Of a stretch of DNA of 64,000 bases, positions 31,680 through 39,890 are shown piece by piece. The first letter of the stretch is position 1. Each line of letters opens with the position of its first letter. The position numbers were made by a program, and so were the translations under genes. The stretch comes from a virus. The stretch is from positions 32,480 through 96,479 of the IMG/VR virus record IMGVR_UViG_3300013094_000026. The stretch is one strand, 5' to 3'. The notes under the pieces are model-generated. The model made no database searches. It was not told the origin of the DNA and was given only the letters and a program-made list of their open reading frames with translations.

Positions 31680-31837
31680 TCTGATATAATAAAGTTAATA
31701 ACACCCCTCACGGCTCTTAAAATCCGCACCAGAGGGGTTGCTTTTATGATATAATATAAAAGTAAATACCTGCCTGCTACTGGCGGGCAGGTTGTCTACA
31801 AAATAGATTGCCTTCGGGAATCTAAAAATTACACTAA

Positions 31838-31854
31838 CTCGCTTTTGAAAGGAG
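31838..31854 (+). promoter_or_regulatory. ROSE-like RNA thermometer hairpin over the hsp20 SD
   Basis: CTCGCTT-TTGA-AAGGAG: U(C)GCU motif with bulged G pairs with the SD; preceded by two hairpins, one with a UUCG loop. Confidence 0.6.
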
Positions 31855-31864
31855 CAAAGTTAAA

Positions 31865-32392
31865 ATGACACATCTAACAACAAATGGTATTGCAATGTAT
31901 TCTGTTTCAAATAGTTCATATGGAACTGGAATTACAGTAACAGATAAAACTTGGCAATCAGTACCAGCAATATATACAACATATGGCGGATCAAATATTT
32001 CCAATAATTTTATTGGATGGGATCAGCAAATTAAAGACCTAGAAAAAATTGGTGAAAGAATTGTTAAAAATTCTGGCAATTTTCCCCCATACAATGTAAT
32101 TAAAGAGGATGATGATACATTCCTTATTGAATTTGCAGTTGCGGGGTTTTCCAAGAAAGACATTGAAGTAACACAAGAAAAAAATGCACTTATCATTGAA
32201 GGTAAGATTGAAGAAGATGAAGATAAAAAGTATGTCCATAAGGGTATTGCAACTCGTTCATTTTCTCGTGCATTTGCTTTGGCAGAATATGTTGAAGTAC
32301 GATCAGCTTTATTTGAGGATGGTATTCTAACTGTTAAACTTGTTAGAGAAGTTCCAAAAGAAGAACAACCTAGACATATTGCTATCAAATAA
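31865..32392 (+). CDS. Small heat-shock protein (Hsp20/IbpA family)
   Basis: FPPYNVI...IEFAVAGF...HKGIATRSFSRAFAL...GILTV. Confidence 0.93.
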   Translation: MTHLTTNGIAMYSVSNSSYGTGITVTDKTWQSVPAIYTTYGGSNISNNFIGWDQQIKDLEKIGERIVKNSGNFPPYNVIKEDDDTFLIEFAVAGFSKKDIEVTQEKNALIIEGKIEEDEDKKYVHKGIATRSFSRAFALAEYVEVRSALFEDGILTVKLVREVPKEEQPRHIAIK

Positions 32393-32404
32393 GGTATAAT
32401 AAAA

Positions 32405-32428
32405 GCAACGCCCAGAAATGGGCGTTGC
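32405..32428 (+). terminator. Hairpin after hsp20
   Basis: GCAACGCCCA-GAAA-TGGGCGTTGC. Confidence 0.6.
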
Positions 32429-32459
32429 CATTATAAAAAAATAATGTATAATTAGATAT

Positions 32460-32792
32460 ATGAATAAAGTTTGGTCTAATTTAGCATATTATATTCAGAA
32501 ATATCCAGCAAGGATCGCTGGTTATGTTTCTGCAATTAGTTTAAATGCTATGAAATATTGGCCCAAGTTTCCAACAGGATTACTTATACCATTTGCTATG
32601 ATTTTAATTATGATTGGTGAGGGTAGTCAGAGGATGGAAGACAAAAAAACTTTACATGCTTTGTACACAGCAAATGATCCAGAAAAACAAGATGAAGAAA
32701 TTTTAGCTGAAATGCTTAAACACTTAAATGACTCAAAGGAAAATAAAAATGGCAGAACACGAAGATCTCGTACAAGAATTAAAAATTCTTAA
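32460..32792 (+). CDS. Membrane protein
   Basis: Hydrophobic segments. Confidence 0.55.
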   Translation: MNKVWSNLAYYIQKYPARIAGYVSAISLNAMKYWPKFPTGLLIPFAMILIMIGEGSQRMEDKKTLHALYTANDPEKQDEEILAEMLKHLNDSKENKNGRTRRSRTRIKNS

Positions 32793-33210
32793 ATCAATGG
32801 TAGTAAAAATGTATGCTCAAACTCACGGGTATCATTGGAATGTGGAAGGAGCAAATTTTCCACAATACCATAAGTTCTTTTTAAAGATCTATGAAGATGT
32901 ATATGAGTCTATTGATCCTATTGCAGAAAATATTCGCAAATTAGGTGCAAAAGCACCATTTGGATTAAAGTCATGGATGTCAACAAGTCCTGAATTTGAA
33001 ATTAATGATTCAGAAGATTTGAATGCTAGACAAATGTTGCAAGAACTAATAAACTCTAATAATGTAGTAATGGCACAACTTAAAAAAGTTTATGATATTT
33101 CTAATGAATTAGATTATCAAGGAATTTGTAATTTTATTGCGGGAAGACAAGAACAACATAGATTCTGGCAATGGCAATTGACAAGTACCTTGAAGCCCAC
33201 TATAATGTAA
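32749..33210 (+). CDS. dps: Dps / ferritin-like DNA-protection protein
   Basis: HGYHWNVEG.NF.QYH...D.IAE.IR.LG. Confidence 0.92.
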   Translation: MAEHEDLVQELKILKSMVVKMYAQTHGYHWNVEGANFPQYHKFFLKIYEDVYESIDPIAENIRKLGAKAPFGLKSWMSTSPEFEINDSEDLNARQMLQELINSNNVVMAQLKKVYDISNELDYQGICNFIAGRQEQHRFWQWQLTSTLKPTIM

Positions 33211-33266
33211 ATATAATAAGAATTAAAAAATTATAAGGGCCTTCAAAATGAAGACCTTTTTAATTT

Positions 33267-33338
33267 GTCCCTATAGCTCAGCGGTAGAGCTTTCGGCTTT
33301 TAACCGAAATGTCGCAAGTTCAAATCTTGCTGGGGACA
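33267..33338 (+). tRNA. tRNA-Lys (TTT)
   Basis: TTCGG-CTTTTAA-CCGAA; normal D and T arms. Confidence 0.92.
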
Positions 33339-33342
33339 CTAA

Positions 33343-33413
33343 GCCTCTTTGGTGTAATGGTAGCACGACTGTCTCCAAAGCAGTTTGTCCGAGTTCAAAT
33401 CTTGGAAGGGGTG
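33343..33413 (+). tRNA. tRNA-Trp (CCA)
   Basis: ACTGT-CTCCAAA-GCAGT; GTTCAAATC. Confidence 0.88.
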
Positions 33414-33417
33414 CTAA

Positions 33418-33493
33418 CTCCACGTATGCCCTGTGGTTTCTACCCACTTGAAAGGCTAACGGATACATGCAGGTTCAACCCCTGTCGTGGAGA
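33418..33493 (+). ncRNA. Non-canonical tRNA-like RNA (acceptor stem and T arm intact, inner arms rearranged, TCT anticodon-like loop)
   Basis: CTCCACG/CGTGGAG; GCAGG-TTCAACC-CCTGT; GTGG-TTTCTAC-CCAC lies before a D-loop-like GCTAACGGATA. Confidence 0.65.
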
Positions 33494-33644
33494 CGGAACA
33501 AATCACAATCCTGATAATTTAGAGGTTTTATGCCCAAACTGTCATGCACTAACAGATACATATAGAGGAAGAAATTTGGGTCATGAAAGACCCGTGTCGT
33601 ATATAAGAAAAACAAATATTAAAAATATTAATAATCATGTATAA
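33494..33644 (+). pseudogene. C-terminal remnant of an HNH endonuclease
   Basis: GTNHNPDNLEVLCPNCHALTDTYRGRN with no start codon. Confidence 0.7.
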
Positions 33645-33650
33645 TAGTAT

Positions 33651-33992
33651 ATGAGGAAGTGTAAAATGGACTACGATCCTTCAAATGAAGATCATCTTGA
33701 AATAATGCAATACCTGATGGCAGAGGGTGCTGCAATGTTTGATGGTTATGATGATGAAGGTGAACCAATTTACAAGTTTGACATGGAAATTTTGGAAGAA
33801 GTAATGCCAGAATTGCATCAAGCTATGAAAGATGATTTAGATCAAATTTTACTTGATTTATTTCAAGAAGGATTACTTGATGTAGTATATGATGAAAACT
33901 TGAATGCTCAATTTGATATATCGGAAGCAGGAAAAATTGCATTGATGCAATCTGGCTTTGATATAGATGATATTGATGCAGAAAGTTTTTAA
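33651..33992 (+). CDS. Acidic hypothetical protein
   Basis: ORF after TATAAT; alternative start at 33666. Confidence 0.65.
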   Translation: MRKCKMDYDPSNEDHLEIMQYLMAEGAAMFDGYDDEGEPIYKFDMEILEEVMPELHQAMKDDLDQILLDLFQEGLLDVVYDENLNAQFDISEAGKIALMQSGFDIDDIDAESF

Positions 33993-34023
33993 CACAACAA
34001 TCTAATAAGGTGGTGATTTAAAT

Positions 34024-34260
34024 ATGGATAACATGCAACAAGGTAAAGAAGGTGGCGTACAGCAACCATCAACACCAGCAACAGCTTCAGAGCAAGCAGG
34101 ACCAGAGGCTCCTCTAGTTTCAGATGCTAAAACTGATCTAGGTGTAAACGCACCAGGCACAATCAACGTCGCATCCCCTTTCACGGGTAGTGATGTTTCA
34201 ATGACCACTCCACGATATGCTGGAGGAAACATCACAACGACAGAAATCGGGTCAAAATAA
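34024..34260 (+). CDS. Low-complexity hypothetical protein
   Basis: AAGGTGG SD; coupled to next ORF. Confidence 0.55.
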   Translation: MDNMQQGKEGGVQQPSTPATASEQAGPEAPLVSDAKTDLGVNAPGTINVASPFTGSDVSMTTPRYAGGNITTTEIGSK

Positions 34261-35078
34261 TGGATTTTGTACAAAAAAGAGAGTTTTCAGATGAAAAGCG
34301 TAAAGAGTTAGCAGACAAAGGTCATGCTATGCCAGACGGTTCTTTTCCAATTGAAAATGTAACAGATTTGCACAATGCAATCCAATCAATAGGTCGCTCA
34401 AGTAATTATAGCAAAACTAAAGATCATATTATTCAAAGAGCAAAAGATCTAGAAGCTACAAGTGTGCTACCAGAAGACTGGAAGGTACAAAAATTTATTG
34501 ATGATGTTAAGGATGCTTTTCTTAAAGCAATTGGAACAAGTTCATCTGTAGATCAAGAACGGGACGAAAGAACCGTTGAAAATTACGTCAGACAAACTGG
34601 TAATGTAAGTACACCACCAGTAAATGTCGGAGACTATACGATTGGAGGTAATAATATGTCAAATAACACAACAGAGCCAGATCCAAAGGGTGATATTGCA
34701 GTTCAAAAGGATCTTCCTAATGCTACTCAACCATCTTCAGCAGATCTAGTAAATCAAGAAACACGTCCAGTTGGTGATGTTTCAGTGTCAGAAGCTCCTA
34801 ATAATGATTCACTTGCAGATGTCTCAACAGGCGGTGCAGGAGTTTATAAGTCAGGAATGATTTGCCCAGATTGCAATCAAGCAATTGAGCATAAGTGTGC
34901 AGCTGATTCAGCAACAGACGATGAGTCAAAAGTTGAAAAAGCAGCAGCAGATGACGAAGTTACAGAAACATCAGCAGATGATGAAACTGTAGAAAAAGCA
35001 ATTGATGCACCAGTAGAAACAGTTCAAAAATCTATGGGTTCACCAATTTGGAAGGGTGCATTTGCACCACGTAAGTAA
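34260..35078 (+). CDS. Modular protein (N-terminal DUF6582-like domain), probable internal head protein
   Basis: KRKELADKGHAMPDGSFPI...LPEDW; repeated V-x-K sites; C-terminal WKGAFAP. Confidence 0.55.
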   Translation: MDFVQKREFSDEKRKELADKGHAMPDGSFPIENVTDLHNAIQSIGRSSNYSKTKDHIIQRAKDLEATSVLPEDWKVQKFIDDVKDAFLKAIGTSSSVDQERDERTVENYVRQTGNVSTPPVNVGDYTIGGNNMSNNTTEPDPKGDIAVQKDLPNATQPSSADLVNQETRPVGDVSVSEAPNNDSLADVSTGGAGVYKSGMICPDCNQAIEHKCAADSATDDESKVEKAAADDEVTETSADDETVEKAIDAPVETVQKSMGSPIWKGAFAPRK

Positions 35079-35098
35079 ATTATATATACGTATATATG

Positions 35099-35130
35099 TA
35101 CATAAGGACGGTTTCCCCCGTCCTTATGTA
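35099..35130 (+). terminator. Intrinsic terminator
   Basis: 13-bp stem TACATAAGGACGG/CCGTCCTTATGTA. Confidence 0.75.
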
Positions 35131-35155
35131 TTTCAGAAAAGAATTTATGAGGGAT

Positions 35156-35245
35156 TGTAACACCACTTTAGGTAAAATGAATGATGATATTGATTTGCTT
35201 ACTAAAATGATTAATTATTTAAAAGAAAATGGTGATGAAAATTAG
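35156..35245 (+). pseudogene. C-terminal remnant of an endonuclease VII-type homing endonuclease
   Basis: CNTTLGKMNDDIDLLTKMINYL matches the EndoVII C-terminal pattern; no start. Confidence 0.55.
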
Positions 35246-35609
35246 AGTATTAGTGTTTGGTAGTAAAGATTGGGAAGATTATAATGATCTAATCCGTCAA
35301 ATTACTTTATTAATTGAAGATAATAAGCATTACTATCCAGATGACAAAGAATTTGTTTTTGTACATAAAGGTTTGCGGGGGGCTGAAAATATGGTTACTG
35401 AATATATCGGTAAAACAGAGAAATTCCTTAGACAAAAAGGTTATAAAATCAAAGAAGAATTAATTAGAGATAAAACTCCACTTTCTGATGTTGCTATGAT
35501 TGAATCCAACCCAGGAATTGCTTTAATTTTTGGAGAATCTGCTCGTAATAAAACTTGCATAGATCTTCTCAATGCATACAATATACCATTTAGACATTTC
35601 AAGGAATAA
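35235..35609 (+). CDS. SLOG/YspA-like (DUF2493-type) protein
   Basis: RVLVFGSKDW...VHKGLRGAE. Confidence 0.6.
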   Translation: MKIRVLVFGSKDWEDYNDLIRQITLLIEDNKHYYPDDKEFVFVHKGLRGAENMVTEYIGKTEKFLRQKGYKIKEELIRDKTPLSDVAMIESNPGIALIFGESARNKTCIDLLNAYNIPFRHFKE

Positions 35610-35687
35610 ATAGTCAAAATCACTTGACTAATATCATATTATAATGATACAATATGTAAAGAGTATAACTACTAGCAAAGGAAAAAA

Positions 35688-35993
35688 ATGACAAATATCA
35701 AACCATTAGGCACTTTGATTTTGGTTGAAAAAATTGAAGAAGGTGAAAAGAAAACTTCTTCTGGTCTTATTATGACCGCATCCGCACTTGAGTCAGAATT
35801 ATCACGTGGCAATGTTATTGCAACGGGAGATGGAACAAGGGATGTACAAGGAAATCTTCACCCACTTAATGTTCAAATTGGTGACATTGTTTATTTTAAT
35901 GATGCACATTTAACTGATGTAACAGATGATAATGGCAATAAATACGGCTTTATTGCTTTTAGTAACCTATATGGAAAGGTAACAAATGTCTAA
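35688..35993 (+). CDS. groES: Co-chaperonin GroES
   Basis: IKPLG..ILV...KTSSGLI...G.VIA.G.G...V.IGD.V. Confidence 0.9.
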   Translation: MTNIKPLGTLILVEKIEEGEKKTSSGLIMTASALESELSRGNVIATGDGTRDVQGNLHPLNVQIGDIVYFNDAHLTDVTDDNGNKYGFIAFSNLYGKVTNV

Positions 35994-36216
35994 GATTATT
36001 CTAGATTATGATGCAGCAAATAGTTTTGTTGAAAAAAATAAATCTCAAGGTTTCTTTTGGGATGGTTGGACTATTGTAAAATGGTCTCCAAGCAATAATG
36101 GTTATATGCAACCAAATGGCATGTATCGCAATAATAAGTGGGGCTATTCCAACCGTTATGAAATGAAAGATAACGGTACTTGGTCTATCAGCGATAAGTA
36201 TGTCAAGCTTCTCTAA
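35986..36216 (+). CDS. Hypothetical protein
   Basis: Coupled ORF with SD. Confidence 0.6.
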   Translation: MSKIILDYDAANSFVEKNKSQGFFWDGWTIVKWSPSNNGYMQPNGMYRNNKWGYSNRYEMKDNGTWSISDKYVKLL

Positions 36217-36526
36217 GCATATAGGTATTGATGAAGATGATATCCAATGGTATCATTTAGCAGCTTGCAGAGGAATGCCTATTAATTGGTTCTATGATGA
36301 TTATGAATCAGATAAGGAAACTGCAAGACAAGTTGATCAGGTTTGTTTGCACTGCCCCGTCATAAAAGTATGTCATGATGAGGGAGTTGCAAATAAAGAG
36401 AAGGGTGTTTGGGGTGGGGTGTTTATGAATTTGGGTAGACCAGATAAGCAACATAACTCACACAAAGATCCAGAAATATTAAGACAAATGAAAAGACTAC
36501 ATGGAAGAAAATCAAAAGAAAACTAA
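36200..36526 (+). CDS. whiB: WhiB-family Fe-S transcription factor
   Basis: AAC...VCLHCPVIKVC...GVWGG. Confidence 0.9.
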   Translation: MSSFSKHIGIDEDDIQWYHLAACRGMPINWFYDDYESDKETARQVDQVCLHCPVIKVCHDEGVANKEKGVWGGVFMNLGRPDKQHNSHKDPEILRQMKRLHGRKSKEN

Positions 36527-36797
36527 AATAGTTTATACCGTTGAAATGGCTAAGAAAATACGTGAGATGAAATCTCCCGTAAAAAATCTTATACTTGATG
36601 TTCGGGCTAGACCCAATTATCTTGCTTTAACTGTTTATGAAAGCAATATTATGGAAATGACTGAATCTCAAAGATTTCAGGTTATGGAGCATTTATTATT
36701 AGTCAGAAACTTAATTATGTCTTATGGAACACCATGCGAAATAGAAGGGATGAAATATACTGATGAGCAAGAGCGATCCAGACGAGGAATCATTTGA
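36501..36797 (+). CDS. Hypothetical protein
   Basis: Coupled ORF. Confidence 0.6.
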   Translation: MEENQKKTKIVYTVEMAKKIREMKSPVKNLILDVRARPNYLALTVYESNIMEMTESQRFQVMEHLLLVRNLIMSYGTPCEIEGMKYTDEQERSRRGII

Positions 36798-36999
36798 TAT
36801 AGAACAAACAATAGAATATGTCTATGTACCAAGTGAAAATGTATATGGAACTATTGTAAGATATGGTGCTTGGTCATCTCTAGTAGAATACTACGACGGT
36901 GGTATAAAATATATAATTGAACTACCAAATGATGAGATCATTGAAGTAGATGAAATAGGTATCGGTTATTTAGAAGAAGAAACAGAGGAAGATCTATAA
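36763..36999 (+). CDS. Hypothetical protein
   Basis: Coupled ORF. Confidence 0.55.
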   Translation: MSKSDPDEESFDIEQTIEYVYVPSENVYGTIVRYGAWSSLVEYYDGGIKYIIELPNDEIIEVDEIGIGYLEEETEEDL

Positions 37000-37229
37000 T
37001 GTTGTGTTTTTCATGTAGTAAACAAAAAAATGAACTTAATCCATGTAAATCAGAGATCATTAATGGTATAAGTTTATTTATGTGTCAGACATGTATTGAT
37101 AGTAAATTTGAACCTAGATGGGTAATTATTTTGGGCGGAAGACAAAATGGTCCTGAATCAGTTAGAGATTATATTATTAAAAGAAGATATGTTGGTAAAC
37201 CTATTTCAGCGGAGGAATTAATTGCTTAA
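36999..37229 (+). CDS. Zinc-binding hypothetical protein
   Basis: CFSC...CQTC. Confidence 0.6.
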   Translation: MLCFSCSKQKNELNPCKSEIINGISLFMCQTCIDSKFEPRWVIILGGRQNGPESVRDYIIKRRYVGKPISAEELIA

Positions 37230-37524
37230 GATAACAAATGATATAAATGAATTTAAAGATGAAGATAAATGTGTAGTTTATTTTACAGCAGAATGGTGTC
37301 AACCATGTAAGCAACTTAAACCACAATATGGTAAATTAGCTGTATCAGATCCTGATACAAATTACTATATGTTGGATGTTGATAAAATTGACCCGAATGC
37401 AATGTCAGAGTATAATATTAAAAGCATTCCTCAAGTTTTTGTTATGAAAAAAGGAGAGATTGCTAAAACTATTGTATCAAGAACATCTGACTCAATGCTA
37501 TTGGAAAAGAATTCGGTGGAATAA
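37222..37524 (+). CDS. trxA: Thioredoxin
   Basis: FTAEWCQPCK, IKSIP. Confidence 0.9.
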   Translation: MLKITNDINEFKDEDKCVVYFTAEWCQPCKQLKPQYGKLAVSDPDTNYYMLDVDKIDPNAMSEYNIKSIPQVFVMKKGEIAKTIVSRTSDSMLLEKNSVE

Positions 37525-38066
37525 TGACAACAATTGTAGGTTTAGTTAAGAATGGACATGTAATTATGGGTGCTGACAGTCTAGTGACTGCTGGTTCTAG
37601 AAAATATGTGCATCCAGGCATGCCTAAAATTGTTAGTAATAATGGATATTTAATTGGTGGAGCAGGAGATGTTGCACCATGTGATATTTTAATGTATATT
37701 TGGGTTCCACCAGTTCCTACTGTTACACAACGTAAAAATTTATATAAATTTATGATTACAGATGTTGTACCTTCTATGAAAGAATGTTTAGATGAAGAAG
37801 GGTATAAGCCAGATCCATCAGATAAAGAAGCTGGGTTTGATTTACTTATAGCATTTGACGGTGAAATATTTAATATAGATAGTGATTTTTGTGTACTTAT
37901 GGATGAAACAGGTATTTATGCAATTGGTTCTGGAGCACATTTTGCTCTTGGGTCTTTACATCAAGGTGCTACAGTAGAAAAAGCATTAGAATGGGCAGAA
38001 AAATTAAGTCCATATACTGCAGGTCCATTTCAAATTGTAAAACAAAGTAAACATATAAAAAAGTAA
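37524..38066 (+). CDS. Ntn-hydrolase, HslV/proteasome-beta-like protease
   Basis: N-terminal (M)TTIVG, GADS, AIGSG..FALG. Confidence 0.8.
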   Translation: MTTIVGLVKNGHVIMGADSLVTAGSRKYVHPGMPKIVSNNGYLIGGAGDVAPCDILMYIWVPPVPTVTQRKNLYKFMITDVVPSMKECLDEEGYKPDPSDKEAGFDLLIAFDGEIFNIDSDFCVLMDETGIYAIGSGAHFALGSLHQGATVEKALEWAEKLSPYTAGPFQIVKQSKHIKK

Positions 38067-38067
38067 A

Positions 38068-38097
38068 TTGACAAAATAATAACGAATACGTTATAAT
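38068..38097 (+). promoter_or_regulatory. Promoter of secreted-protein gene
   Basis: TTGACA-N18-TATAAT. Confidence 0.7.
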
Positions 38098-38160
38098 CAA
38101 GTATTGGCTACATGATGTAGTCATTATCCTGTACAGGGATACTAAATAGAATGGAAAATA

Positions 38161-39285
38161 ATGAAGTTAACAAAGAAGATCGCTTTTGCAACTGCTGCAG
38201 CCCTTGCAATCGTAGGCGTTTCAACAGTTGCTCATGCTACTCCCCTTTCGGTTACAGTAGCAAGTGTGGCTAATACCACAACACCTGCAGCACCATATAC
38301 AGTTGCAGTTCCTGCAACAAATATTATTGATGCGGGTCACTCAGTAGCAATTACTGCAACAGCAGATACAGGAACAGTAGTTACTTTTTCTGCATCAGCA
38401 ACAGTAAAGCTTGTGGGCTATCTTGCTGCACAAAATTTGCCAGTAACAGTAAATAGTGGAACATCTGTTATTTCAACTACTTCAAATGGTTCAGCCATTA
38501 CACTTTATGCATACACTACAAGCACATCTGTAGGTTATGTAAATGTAACTAATGGTTCTTACTCAACAGTTGTATATGTTCAGGGAACTCCAGGGCCAGT
38601 ATACAATGTTGCAGTAAATACTCCAACATCTTTGTCCACAGGTACAGTTGCTACTGCATCGTTTGCAACTACAGATATCTTTGGAAATCTTGTTGGTGGA
38701 CAGACATTGTGGTCAACTATTGTAAATGGAACATTTGCAGATGGTTCAGTTGTTAAGCAACTTGTAACATCATCAGTTTCAGATGCTACAGTAGTTCCAG
38801 CACTTGTGCTCGGTGTTACAACTCAGAAGATTCTATCTTCTAATACTGGATCTATTGTGCTAACAGTATCAATCCCAGTATCTCCAACTCAAGTTGCAGG
38901 ATTCCCTGCTCCAGTACTTACAGCAGTTTCAAATATTTCAGTGGTTGATCTTAATGCCACAGTTGCATCTTTGAATGCTACAGTAACATCGCTTAATGCT
39001 CAGATTGCAGCATTGACAAAAACTGTTGCAGATAACAAGGCTGCTGATGCTGCTGCTTTGACACAGGCTCTTGCTGATGCAAAGACTGCTTCTGATTCAG
39101 CAACTGCAACTGCTCTAGCAACTGCTAAGGCTGCTTCTGATGCTGAACTTGCTAATGCTAATGCAACTTATAAGTTAGCATACAACAAGCTTGTACTTAA
39201 GTATAACAAGTTGGTTCTTGCTTATATTACAAAGGCAAAGAAGTATAAGTTTTCATCAAACTTGACTGCACTTGCTGCAAAGTAA
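38161..39285 (+). CDS. Secreted surface protein (signal peptide, T/V/S-rich Ig-like body, Ala-rich coiled coil, basic tail)
   Basis: MKLTKKIAFATAAALAIVGVSTVAHA signal with AxA site; YNKLVL repeats. Confidence 0.7.
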   Translation: MKLTKKIAFATAAALAIVGVSTVAHATPLSVTVASVANTTTPAAPYTVAVPATNIIDAGHSVAITATADTGTVVTFSASATVKLVGYLAAQNLPVTVNSGTSVISTTSNGSAITLYAYTTSTSVGYVNVTNGSYSTVVYVQGTPGPVYNVAVNTPTSLSTGTVATASFATTDIFGNLVGGQTLWSTIVNGTFADGSVVKQLVTSSVSDATVVPALVLGVTTQKILSSNTGSIVLTVSIPVSPTQVAGFPAPVLTAVSNISVVDLNATVASLNATVTSLNAQIAALTKTVADNKAADAAALTQALADAKTASDSATATALATAKAASDAELANANATYKLAYNKLVLKYNKLVLAYITKAKKYKFSSNLTALAAK

Positions 39286-39299
39286 ATAAAAAAACAATT

Positions 39300-39325
39300 G
39301 GGGCTAGTTTTTACTAGCCCCTTTT
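39300..39325 (+). terminator. Intrinsic terminator
   Basis: GGGGCTAGT-TTTT-ACTAGCCCC-TTTT. Confidence 0.8.
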
Positions 39326-39349
39326 GGTATAATAGAAAAGGTGATATAA

Positions 39350-39631
39350 ATGGCATGGTGGGTATCTTGGGTACTTTCAATTATGGGAGTATTCGGTATA
39401 TGGCTTACTGGTAAAAAGAAATGGTACGGATTTGCGGTGGGAATTGCAAATGAATGTGCTTGGGTTATATACTCTGTAGATACAAAACAATGGGGATTCA
39501 TATTTGGATCAACTATCTACATTGCAGTTTATTCCCTAAATATTAATAAATGGCTTTCAGATGAAAGAAAAAATAGAATTCGCAATATGTTTATAATTAA
39601 TCCATTACATAACTATAGAAAGAGTAAATAA
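39350..39631 (+). CDS. PnuC-like small membrane protein
   Basis: Three TM segments, KKKWYGF..G.....W..Y. Confidence 0.55.
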   Translation: MAWWVSWVLSIMGVFGIWLTGKKKWYGFAVGIANECAWVIYSVDTKQWGFIFGSTIYIAVYSLNINKWLSDERKNRIRNMFIINPLHNYRKSK

Positions 39632-39862
39632 ATGTCAAGTGTACCACTATCAGCAAATCATTTAAATACAATTGTTGAAATTGTAGCCAGAGACCTTTTG
39701 GAAAAATGGGCTATTAATGATAGATTTACAGAGGATGAAATTGAATTGGCAAAGGACAATGCAGTAGATGATACTATCTTTGTTATTAATAATTTTATGA
39801 CACATTTCAATGAATATATGCTTACTCAAGCAGAATCAGACAAACCTAATTTAATTATTTAA
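39632..39862 (+). CDS. Hypothetical protein
   Basis: Coupled ORF. Confidence 0.6.
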   Translation: MSSVPLSANHLNTIVEIVARDLLEKWAINDRFTEDEIELAKDNAVDDTIFVINNFMTHFNEYMLTQAESDKPNLII

Positions 39863-39890
39863 ACAAACATCATGGTATAATTTATGTATC

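Noticed and set aside
33433-33447. Amber-suppressor (CTA) reading of the tRNA-like loop
   Set aside because: The GTGG/CCAC stem centres TCT, not CTA, in the 7-nt loop; TAG is also used as a normal stop in this window
33248-33644. ORF-track proteins 33248-33451, 33271-33468 and 33309-33644
   Set aside because: They overlap tRNA-Lys, tRNA-Trp and the tRNA-like RNA; only the HNH-like tail is meaningful
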